A stretch of 64,000 nt of DNA from Thermoplasmatota archaeon (GTDB lineage Archaea > Thermoplasmatota > E2 > DHVEG-1). The DNA lies in assembly GCA_038884455.1 (NCBI GenBank), contig JAWABU010000001.1:11263-75262 (forward strand), given 5' to 3'. A program made the translations under genes and the position numbers. The notes under the pieces were generated by a model, which was given only the letters and a program-made list of their open reading frames with translations, did no database searches and was not told the DNA's origin. This document shows positions 54,140-62,708 of this stretch, one piece after another (within the stretch, counting starts at the first letter, position 1; every line of letters starts with the position of its first letter).

Positions 54140-54646
54140 ATGATTCGTACAAAAGTGATTAATGATTCTGTTGATCTTGTCTCGATAATTCGAGCGTTTG
54201 ACTCTCCCGTCAAAAAAGAAGTATTCTACGAAATTTTAAAAGATTGGACCCCGACAAGCATGATTGTTGAAAAATACGGCGAAGAAGGAAGAGATGCTCT
54301 AGAATTTTTTGATAAAATGAAACTAGCAGAAACAAAATGGACAACCCCTGATGAAGGAATCGAAGGAAAACCACAAAAGATGTACCGCTCTTTTTATTCC
54401 CTTTTCAACATCAACATATCTTGCCCGGTAAACGAGATAAGTGAAATATTTAACATCTCTTCTCTTGACGATAAACAATTCGAAGAACTCGAATCAAAAA
54501 TCTATGATTTTATCGGAGAAACTGGAGCATTTGGAAATAAAGTTTCAGAGGCATTCAAAATATCAAATACCGCATTAAAAGCATTGGTCAAACGATCAAA
54601 TAAGTTCAACTATACCGGACTAAAGATAACGAGAAAACAAGAGTGA
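54140..54646 (+). CDS. Hypothetical protein (168 aa), possibly winged-helix.
   Basis: ORF downstream of an AT-rich TATA-like tract. No motif confidently recognised. Confidence 0.45.
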   Translation: MIRTKVINDSVDLVSIIRAFDSPVKKEVFYEILKDWTPTSMIVEKYGEEGRDALEFFDKMKLAETKWTTPDEGIEGKPQKMYRSFYSLFNINISCPVNEISEIFNISSLDDKQFEELESKIYDFIGETGAFGNKVSEAFKISNTALKALVKRSNKFNYTGLKITRKQE

Positions 54647-54697
54647 TGCTAATTTTTTTAACAACACTTTTAAAACCATATCTGATTATCCTACGAA

Positions 54698-55291
54698 ATG
54701 GATGTAACAACCATACTCATACAAACCTTCTGGATCATCATCCCTGTGTATGTCGCCAATGCAAGTGCTGTTTTGGTCGGTGGTGGAACGCCGGTTGATT
54801 TTCACAAAATATGGCGTGATGGAAAACGTATCCTTGGAGATGGAAAAACCTGGAGAGGCTTACTGCTTGGCACCTTCCTTGGGATGATCGTCGGTTTCGC
54901 TCTCTCCATAGCAGCATTTTACATCAATCAAACTGAGTACTCCTACTTGCATCTAACTGATTTTTCTGCATTTCCCCTCATGATTCCTATCTTGTTTTCA
55001 CTTTGTTTTGGTGCGCTCCTTGGAGATATCGTCGAGAGTTTTTTTAAACGGCGACTCGGCAAAGAACGAGGATCCGACTGGATTCCTTTTGACCAACTCG
55101 ACTTTATCCTCGGAGCATTAACACTCTGTTTTATACTCAGTAGTATACTTGCTATTACGGGAGTCACCAAAGAAAATTGGTTCACGAGCAACCTTACCGT
55201 CGGGCATATCGTCATTCTCTTAGTAGTAACACCGTTTATCCATATAACTGCAAATGCACTCAATAAAAAAATACGAACCTCAAAAAAATAA
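54698..55291 (+). CDS. carS: CDP-archaeol synthase-like membrane protein.
   Basis: PVYVANASAVLVGGGTPVDFHKIWRDGKRILGDGKTWRG resembles the CarS/DUF46 signature. About 5 TM helices. 197 aa. Confidence 0.6.
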   Translation: MDVTTILIQTFWIIIPVYVANASAVLVGGGTPVDFHKIWRDGKRILGDGKTWRGLLLGTFLGMIVGFALSIAAFYINQTEYSYLHLTDFSAFPLMIPILFSLCFGALLGDIVESFFKRRLGKERGSDWIPFDQLDFILGALTLCFILSSILAITGVTKENWFTSNLTVGHIVILLVVTPFIHITANALNKKIRTSKK

Positions 55292-55349
55292 ACATAAACT
55301 ATAAGAGGATGAATACTGTTTTTCCATTGGTACAATTCTCGGGAGGAGT

Positions 55350-55688
55350 ATGAGTAGACAAACGAAAAAAAGCCAGAAAAAGACCACAACAAAACAAGCG
55401 ATGAACGAAGCATTAAAACAATGGCTCTCTGAAACAGATCAACAAATCCTATCACAGAAAATTGAACATCACCTCGAAGGAAGAAAACCAGAAGGAATGT
55501 GTCGGGCTTGCGGAGTTAATCAAGCAAAAGCAATATGTATCAAATGTGGTAACTCTGTGTGCATTTCTTGTTACTATAGCATCATCGGACTCTGCCGAAA
55601 TTGCATCTCTAAAGAAACCGTAAACCAGTGGAAAGCAAAAAAACCAAACTGGAAAACTATCCTCGGCGTCGACTGGGTGGACGAGTAA
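55350..55688 (+). CDS. Basic N-terminus plus 8-Cys zinc-finger protein (hypothetical).
   Basis: CRACG...CIKCG..CISC....CRNC. 112 aa. 3-prime end overlaps the convergent acetyl-CoA synthetase gene by about 32 nt. Confidence 0.5.
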   Translation: MSRQTKKSQKKTTTKQAMNEALKQWLSETDQQILSQKIEHHLEGRKPEGMCRACGVNQAKAICIKCGNSVCISCYYSIIGLCRNCISKETVNQWKAKKPNWKTILGVDWVDE

Positions 55689-57069
55689 CACCACGTTCGT
55701 GTTTAATTCGTTCGCCTTCTAAAAATAATCCAGTCATCGCTCGAGCACACCGCCATGAAGAAGGATAAATTGGAACACCTGCAGATTTCAAATCAAGGAC
55801 AAGGTCTTCAAATTCTTTTCCACCAACCCAACAGCCAAGAATTGGTTTCTGATACTCTTCATGGAGTTGCTGTTCTTTAATCATTTTCAAAATCGCACCA
55901 GTATATTCACGTGGTCGAGCATACCCCGCATGAACCGATGCAACAATAACACCATCAATATGCGGATCTTGAAGTAAAGCAAGTGTTGATTCATAGTAGC
56001 GATAAAATCCTGCATCAGCAACCAGATCAACAGGGTTGTTCGGATTCACCAAGGGTGGCAATATTTTTTGAATTTTCTTATAGGTTTTTGATGAAAGTTT
56101 TGGAATCGTTAAACCATTTGCCTCACAAGCATCGGTCAGCATAATCCCAAGACCACCGCCGTTGGTAACAATACCTATGCGGTTTCCCCACGCAGGCGGT
56201 TGGCCATCGAGTGCACGTGCCATATCAAAGAGTTCGACGAGATCACGACATCGAATACCACCCGCTTGCTTAATTGCAGCACTGTACAACTCATCGCTAC
56301 CTGCCATAGAACCGGTATGCGAGGCAGTTGCACGAGCACCCGCCGCGCTCCGTCCTGCTTTCACGACTAAAACAGGTTTGTCACAGGCATGAATACTATT
56401 CATGAATTGCCGGCCGTTTTTTACTGCTTCAATGTACATACCGATAACTTTCGTTTCAGGGTCTTTACTGAAATAATCGATAAGATCAACATCATCGATA
56501 TCGATTTTGTTGCCGACACCGATAATTTTTGAGAGTCCAACGAACTCATTATTGGCAAGGTAGATCATACCCATACCGAGGGCTCCACTTTGACTAATCA
56601 AAGCAAGCCTTCCTTTCCGGGGCATACCAAAAACAAACGATACATCCAAACTATCCGAAGCGTTTTTATAACCCATGGTGTTTGGCCCAAGGATACGAAT
56701 GCCGGTTCCTTCAACGATTTTTTTGATTTCTTCTTCTTGAGCATGGTTGCCAATTTCACTAAAACCTGAGGAGATGATGATAATATATTTTACCTTTTTT
56801 TGGACACAATCCCTGACAACATCGGTAACAAACGGAGCAGGAACTGCAATCATAACTAGTTCGACCGGACCTGGAATATCCGTCAATTTTTTGTAACATT
56901 TTAGACCAAGAATCTCTGCTTCATTTGGATTCACCGGATAAAGCTTACATGAATATTCTGAAATGAGGATGTTTTTTAAAGATGCATGTCCGATTTTTGT
57001 TGGATTTTTTGATGCACCGACAACAGCTACACTTTTTGGTTTAAAGAATGATTCGAGCGGTATTTTCAT
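55657..57069 (-). CDS. Acetyl-CoA synthetase (ADP-forming) alpha subunit / NDP-forming acyl-CoA synthetase.
   Basis: N-terminal CoA-binding Rossmann fold KSVAVVGASKNPTKIGH. Succinyl-CoA-synthetase-like domain with a phospho-His region. 470 aa. Confidence 0.8.
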   Translation of the reverse strand: MKIPLESFFKPKSVAVVGASKNPTKIGHASLKNILISEYSCKLYPVNPNEAEILGLKCYKKLTDIPGPVELVMIAVPAPFVTDVVRDCVQKKVKYIIIISSGFSEIGNHAQEEEIKKIVEGTGIRILGPNTMGYKNASDSLDVSFVFGMPRKGRLALISQSGALGMGMIYLANNEFVGLSKIIGVGNKIDIDDVDLIDYFSKDPETKVIGMYIEAVKNGRQFMNSIHACDKPVLVVKAGRSAAGARATASHTGSMAGSDELYSAAIKQAGGIRCRDLVELFDMARALDGQPPAWGNRIGIVTNGGGLGIMLTDACEANGLTIPKLSSKTYKKIQKILPPLVNPNNPVDLVADAGFYRYYESTLALLQDPHIDGVIVASVHAGYARPREYTGAILKMIKEQQLHEEYQKPILGCWVGGKEFEDLVLDLKSAGVPIYPSSWRCARAMTGLFLEGERIKHERGVTRPPSRRRG

Positions 57070-57184
57070 TACTTGATTTCCTCCTTTGTATCTCGTACAC
57101 TAAATAACCTAGAATAATTACAAACGACAACAGCTCTTATTACTTAAACATACTGAAAAAAGATATATATTCATATATCTCTGT

Positions 57185-57700
57185 TTAAAGATATGATTTC
57201 ATAAGCTGAACAATTTCTGCGCTTGTTTTCGCCCTCCGGTATCCCTCGAGCAACTCATGGTTCAACACCAAAAACTGAGGACCCCATTTGTATAACGAAA
57301 GAAGCAACCGAGAAAGATCAACATCTCCAAGAATATACGCTGCTGCAGCAAACGCCTCAACTGTTGATAATTGAAACGGTTTTCCATAATTCACGGGATT
57401 CGCAGCAAGAAGAAACGGCAACGCTCGAGAAGTACACCGAACGTCAAGAATAGAAAACGTATCTTCTACATGCTTCCATGAACAATCCACAGCAACAAGA
57501 CCATGGCGAGCTGCGGCCAAACGATCTTCAGCTGAAAAACATTTCTGCGCAAACGGATTCAACACCACCGCCTTCCGAGGAATACCTGCCATTGTTTTCT
57601 CTAATGTAACATACCCAAAACGAGATAGCTTTTTCGCAGTACATTTCTTCGGATCGTCTTCATCTGCATGATACACAATCAGACGGAATGGTTGATTCAT
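57185..57700 (-). CDS. tsr3: Tsr3-like (DTW-domain) 16S rRNA aminocarboxypropyltransferase.
   Basis: YHADEDDPKKCTAKKL motif characteristic of archaeal Tsr3. 171 aa. Confidence 0.6.
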   Translation of the reverse strand: MNQPFRLIVYHADEDDPKKCTAKKLSRFGYVTLEKTMAGIPRKAVVLNPFAQKCFSAEDRLAAARHGLVAVDCSWKHVEDTFSILDVRCTSRALPFLLAANPVNYGKPFQLSTVEAFAAAAYILGDVDLSRLLLSLYKWGPQFLVLNHELLEGYRRAKTSAEIVQLMKSYL

Positions 57701-57703
57701 AAC

Positions 57704-58540
57704 CTATCGTATCTCCACATCAAGCACACCATGAATAACACCAGGAGCATAGGATTTTACCACATACTGTCCAAGTAACGTTGCTTGTTTATGATTTTGA
57801 CGTGCAACTTCTTGAATATATGAAAACGGTTTCATAGGTACCTCTTCATCAGAATAAATACCGTGAAAATGAATAACCCCACCAGATGGCTTCAAACAAG
57901 ACAATGCAACCGACAAAAACCGATGTGTACCATGAAGATACCCCATGATCACACGATCAGCACACAGTCGTGGGGCGCACGTCTGATTATCCCCGAAAAC
58001 TGGTTTCACAATTTCAGTAACATGATTGAGAACAATGTTCTCACGTAAATACTGAAATGCAATAGGGTTGATCTCACACGCAATAATCCTCCAAGGTTTG
58101 CTAAATTTTGCCATAGGTAGTGAAAAATAACCAATCCCTGCAAACAAATCAACAACACATTCTGAAGGGTTTGAAATATATGCCATCCTCCGACGCTCAT
58201 GCATGTTTCCTGAAGAAAACATAACCTTTTGAGGATCAAGCTTAAAACGGATGCCGTGCTCCCGATGAATCGTCTCGGTATCAGGAACGCCATACAATAA
58301 TCGTACCTGCGGCTCACGATACACTCCAGATATACCGCCAACGTCATCAAGCACTGTTTTACAGTGCAACACCTCTGCATACACCTTACACACCTGCTCC
58401 TCATATCCCTTTAAACATGCAGGATATTTCACGAGCAACACATCACCAATTTTTTCCCATCTCCGAGGTAAACAAGAAATCTGATCATCAGAAAGCTGTG
58501 ATCGCAGTACCTTTTTAATATGTTCAAACGGAGAATCCAT
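57704..58540 (-). CDS. Class I SAM methyltransferase of the Trm5/Taw2 (TYW2) family.
   Basis: VDLFAGIGYFSLP SAM motif. Trm5-like N-terminal region. Start probably MDSPFEHIKK (ATG 58540), avoiding overlap with the XPD gene. Confidence 0.7.
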   Translation of the reverse strand: MDSPFEHIKKVLRSQLSDDQISCLPRRWEKIGDVLLVKYPACLKGYEEQVCKVYAEVLHCKTVLDDVGGISGVYREPQVRLLYGVPDTETIHREHGIRFKLDPQKVMFSSGNMHERRRMAYISNPSECVVDLFAGIGYFSLPMAKFSKPWRIIACEINPIAFQYLRENIVLNHVTEIVKPVFGDNQTCAPRLCADRVIMGYLHGTHRFLSVALSCLKPSGGVIHFHGIYSDEEVPMKPFSYIQEVARQNHKQATLLGQYVVKSYAPGVIHGVLDVEIR

Positions 58541-58615
58541 ACACTTCAAAATTGCGAATCGAAAACACTTATAAAAAGTCTTCAAAAGAAATCATCACCA
58601 CCTCCAACAACTCTT

Positions 58616-60634
58616 ATGTATAGCATTACTATTCCACCAAGAGTTATGCAGCTATTTCCCTACCAGTTCCGAAAATATCAACGAGACATCATCAACGATA
58701 TCAGCAAAGCACTCCAGACAAAAAACCATCTTGTCTTTGAATCAGGAACCGGTTCAGGAAAAACAATATGTGTCCTTGCAGCAACAGTAACCTACGCATT
58801 AGAACACCAAAAAAAGATTATCTATACCACACGAACCAATGCACAACAGCAGCAAGTCATCCTCGAAGTTCGAGCAATCAAAAAGAAAAAACCAGCAACC
58901 CAGGTATATGCAGTTGCACTCCAAGGACGAGCAAACCTATGTATCCTTGCACAAAAAGATCAAGAACTCAGAAATGGAACATCTGAAGAATTATCGAAGT
59001 TTTGTGCAGAACAAAAGAAAAAAACACTTCAAAAAAAGAAAAACACCGGCTGTCCCTATTACAAAACATTTATTGGAAATCAAGAAAAAATCGACGAAAT
59101 TCTCACCTATACACACCAGCATTTACCTACAGCGGAGGAATTTGTTGCATACTGTGAAAACAAAGGAATCTGTCCTTACGAACTCAATAAACTACTCATT
59201 AAACATGCAACGGTTATTGTAGTTCCCTACATCTACATTTTTGATACAGCCATTCGAATAAAACTTTTTGACTGGTTATCGATCTCAGAACAAGATACGA
59301 TACTCATTGTTGACGAAGCTCACAATCTCCCAGATTATCTACGAGAGCTCTTCTCAGCACAACTCAGCATGAATATGCTCAAGAGCTGTACGTACGAACT
59401 CGAAAAATATGGAGATCCAACACTTCTCAACGGATCGATCTCTGTTTCACAGTTCTGTTCAACCCTCCAAGACATCATCAATGATCTCCGTTCAACGTAC
59501 ATCTATAAAATTTTAGAAAACGACCTACGAAAAAACGCTAAATTTGAAAATAAAGATGCTTTTATTCCAACCCATGAACTCGAAGCAGAACTACTCTCCC
59601 GGTTCAAAATAACCAGTACGAGCCTGCAGGACATTATCAGCGACCTCATCGCCTATGGAGAAAAAATCCAGGAATACCGACAAAAAGATGGAAAACTCCC
59701 ACGGTCATATCTCCACAAGCTCGGTATCTTTTTATCGTTTTGGACAACTCTAGAAATGCATCAGTACATCAAACTGATTGTCGATTCAGAGGATGGTTTA
59801 AATCCCCACATTGAAGCGTATTGCCTTGATCCATCTCTTGGAACTGAAATCCTTAATCACTTTCATACTTCAATTCATATGTCTGGAACACTCAAACCAC
59901 TTGAAGAATACCGTGATTCCCTGGGGTTGCCAAAAAACACCTCGCTCATGATCTATCCATCACCCTTTCCGAAAAAAAACCGAAAAATACTCTACACCAG
60001 CGATGTGACAACACGGTATGAAGATCTCGCTCGTGATAAAACTATCCTCCCGCGTATCTGGAGCTATATCACTGAAATCTGCAATACATTCCCAAAAAAT
60101 ACCATCGTCTTTTTCCCAAGTTTCAATACGCTTGCAACGTTTAAGAATACAGGTTGTCTAAATGACATCAAACGACATATCTTCATCGAAGAGCAAACCA
60201 TGTCTCAGTATGCACTTATGGAACTAGTAAGCGAGTTTAAAATCTGCGGACAACAAAAAAGAAACCGAGCAACCATGTTTTCTGTGATGGGAGGGCGCAT
60301 CAGCGAAGGTATGGATTTTCCTGCGGAACAACTTGAAATTGCAATCCTTGTTGGAATCCCCTACCCAAAACCAACAGCACGGCAACGTGGTTTACAACAA
60401 TACTATGAATTAAAATTTAGAAAAGGATGGGAGTACACAGTTGAAGCGCCAACGACTCGTAAAATCCTGCAAGCAATCGGCCGACTCATCAGAAATGAAC
60501 ACGATCGCGGTGTTGCAGTCATTCTCGACAAACGCGCAGTCAGATTCAAACGATATCTTGACGATCTCACAAAATCAGAAAACATAACCCAAGAGATCCA
60601 TGAGTTTATCAATGAAAAAACCCCTAAAAAATGA
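58616..60634 (+). CDS. xpd: XPD/Rad3-family 5-prime to 3-prime DNA helicase (FeS cluster).
   Basis: Walker A ESGTGSGKT. DEAH box VDEAHN. Four-Cys FeS domain (C..C..C...C). Start MYSITIPP at 58616. Confidence 0.85.
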   Translation: MYSITIPPRVMQLFPYQFRKYQRDIINDISKALQTKNHLVFESGTGSGKTICVLAATVTYALEHQKKIIYTTRTNAQQQQVILEVRAIKKKKPATQVYAVALQGRANLCILAQKDQELRNGTSEELSKFCAEQKKKTLQKKKNTGCPYYKTFIGNQEKIDEILTYTHQHLPTAEEFVAYCENKGICPYELNKLLIKHATVIVVPYIYIFDTAIRIKLFDWLSISEQDTILIVDEAHNLPDYLRELFSAQLSMNMLKSCTYELEKYGDPTLLNGSISVSQFCSTLQDIINDLRSTYIYKILENDLRKNAKFENKDAFIPTHELEAELLSRFKITSTSLQDIISDLIAYGEKIQEYRQKDGKLPRSYLHKLGIFLSFWTTLEMHQYIKLIVDSEDGLNPHIEAYCLDPSLGTEILNHFHTSIHMSGTLKPLEEYRDSLGLPKNTSLMIYPSPFPKKNRKILYTSDVTTRYEDLARDKTILPRIWSYITEICNTFPKNTIVFFPSFNTLATFKNTGCLNDIKRHIFIEEQTMSQYALMELVSEFKICGQQKRNRATMFSVMGGRISEGMDFPAEQLEIAILVGIPYPKPTARQRGLQQYYELKFRKGWEYTVEAPTTRKILQAIGRLIRNEHDRGVAVILDKRAVRFKRYLDDLTKSENITQEIHEFINEKTPKK

Positions 60635-60805
60635 TCAACGGGGAAGAAGATCAGGAATACCGTCAGAAATCGGATACGAAACATTACAGGTTTCACAAAA
60701 AAAAGACCCTGACAGTATCTCATCATTTTCCTCACAAGTAACCGTTAATGTAAGATTGCCTTTACAGACCGGACAACACAAGATATCAAGAATCTCTTTT
60801 CTCAT
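60635..60805 (-). CDS. trm112: Trm112-like zinc-ribbon methyltransferase activator (UPF0434). 56 aa, not in the ORF track.
   Basis: MRKEILDILCCPVCKGNLTLTVTCEENDEILSGSFFCETCNVSYPISDGIPDLLPR. The CPxCKG...C..C..YPI.DGIP.LL signature is characteristic of Trm112. Confidence 0.65.
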   Translation of the reverse strand: MRKEILDILCCPVCKGNLTLTVTCEENDEILSGSFFCETCNVSYPISDGIPDLLPR

Positions 60806-60808
60806 GTA

Positions 60809-61900
60809 CTACTCTCCTCCTTTGACATCACCGAGGTAGAATGCTCGTTTTTTTCCAAGATCAGAATCAAAAATATACGTCCAGTCTTCATCAGAGTTTT
60901 TCCTTGCCTCATCAAGATTTTGCATGAAATTCTTCACTTGGGAATCCATCAGATCAGCATAATGCAACACACAAGCCTCAATGGTTTTCGGTAATCGCGG
61001 TGAACCCCATTCATATCGACCGTGATGCGCAAGGATGAGATGACTCAAATGATTTTCTAAATCTTCAGAAAAAACTTTTTTCTGACTTCTGAGCAGAGCT
61101 ATTTTTTCTCGGATTAACCGATCACCTATGATGATATGACCGATGAAAATCCCCTGATCTGATTTATCAATCGCTGCACCATACTTATATTCCTTTATTT
61201 TTCCAACATCATGCAGAATCGCACCAGTAATCAATAAATCTTTGTTTATGCTGGGATACATATCAACAATATGTTTACATAACTGGAGAACGCCCACCAC
61301 ATGTTGGAGATTTCCTCCAACATAGTTATGATGGTTGGTAATCGCGGATGGGGCATGGATATATTCCTTAACAAAGACGGAATCATCAAAAAACATATGG
61401 AGTAAATTTTTTAACTGTTCATTCTTGATTTCTTTGATCTCTTTTTTGACGATCTCATATAACGATGCGATCTGATTTTCATCAAGAGAACGAATAAAAT
61501 CACTAACATCGTATTCAGAAAGGGAACACCGGCGTATACCGCCCGTATTCTCATTAATTGATATCTGTGGTTTCTCTTCATATAGTTCAGTCATACCAGA
61601 ACGAATTTGAACAACATCACCGACTGAAAAACTATCAAAAATCCGTTTCACACGCTCTTTATTATCTCCACCCCAGAATTTCACAGGTATTTCGCCGGTT
61701 TTATCAGACGCGATAAATTCAAAAAACACTCCTTTTTTATAGGATCTTGGTGGTTTCTTCAGTTTTACTGCAAAAAAATCGTTAATTGCGTCACCCTCTC
61801 GTAAATTTTCGATGAATTGTTCTTTTTTCCGTCGACCACTATCAACGTTAATAATGGTCTGTTCATCCTTTTTCTTATCATAATGGTAAATGTCGGTCAT
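60809..61900 (-). CDS. HD-domain phosphohydrolase with N-terminal OB fold (YhaM-like 3-prime to 5-prime exonuclease family).
   Basis: HD motif LLITGAILHDVGK plus upstream His residues. N-terminal OB-fold-like region. Start MTDIYHYDKKKD with an AGAGGA Shine-Dalgarno motif (ATG 61900). Confidence 0.65.
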   Translation of the reverse strand: MTDIYHYDKKKDEQTIINVDSGRRKKEQFIENLREGDAINDFFAVKLKKPPRSYKKGVFFEFIASDKTGEIPVKFWGGDNKERVKRIFDSFSVGDVVQIRSGMTELYEEKPQISINENTGGIRRCSLSEYDVSDFIRSLDENQIASLYEIVKKEIKEIKNEQLKNLLHMFFDDSVFVKEYIHAPSAITNHHNYVGGNLQHVVGVLQLCKHIVDMYPSINKDLLITGAILHDVGKIKEYKYGAAIDKSDQGIFIGHIIIGDRLIREKIALLRSQKKVFSEDLENHLSHLILAHHGRYEWGSPRLPKTIEACVLHYADLMDSQVKNFMQNLDEARKNSDEDWTYIFDSDLGKKRAFYLGDVKGGE

Positions 61901-62006
61901 TCCTCTAATCTCCACAGATTCATAGCATTGTTGAAAAGAACAGTAGTTTAAACACTTTTCCTTTACCGCCAAGAACTAATAAAAAAAGAAAAGAAAATGG
62001 TTGTTG

Positions 62007-62567
62007 TTATTCAATGCTGACCTTGTACCCAGAACCGCCCTTTTTCTTATCTTTCTTCTCAAGAACAATATCAAGGACGCCGTTTTTATAGGTCGCTTTG
62101 GTTGATTTTGGTTTGACTTTACTGGGAAGATCAACGATTTTATGATATTTCCGCTGAGGTGCTCGAACATCGATCTCGACAGTATCTTCACTGACATTCA
62201 GATCAATATCATCTTTATCAACACCGGGTACTTCGACGGTGATAGCAATATCATCGTCACATTCTATAATGTCAGTTAAGGGTTCTTGTTCCGGTGACAG
62301 CATTGGCTTGCCACCGCCTGTTTTGACGGGGATATTACCAAATTCCTGGATTTTTGGTTTTCCATCAGGACCAATGTTGATACTAAACCCATGAATGAAT
62401 CTCTTATTCGGATCGAAATTACTCTTAAACATATCTTCAATCATCTCTTTAAAATTGGTCGATTCAAATATCTTTTGTACTTCATCAAAGATACGTTCAA
62501 AGTCATCGTCATTCATGAAATCAAATGGATTTTTTCGTTTGCGATCATCATCTTCAAAAGGATCCAT
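62007..62567 (-). CDS. Small heat-shock protein (Hsp20/alpha-crystallin family).
   Basis: Alpha-crystallin domain ending ...YKNGVLDIVLEKK. 186 aa. Confidence 0.85.
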   Translation of the reverse strand: MDPFEDDDRKRKNPFDFMNDDDFERIFDEVQKIFESTNFKEMIEDMFKSNFDPNKRFIHGFSINIGPDGKPKIQEFGNIPVKTGGGKPMLSPEQEPLTDIIECDDDIAITVEVPGVDKDDIDLNVSEDTVEIDVRAPQRKYHKIVDLPSKVKPKSTKATYKNGVLDIVLEKKDKKKGGSGYKVSIE

Positions 62568-62708
62568 AGTTCTTGCCTCCTGTCTTGTTTTTTCGATATA
62601 ATACTTATAAGAACTTCTATTTAAACCTTCCGATCGTTCTTTTGTAGCTTTTAAATATAAAGCTCTATAAAAACTTATGTATCACCATCTTAATACCAGG
62701 GAACTACT

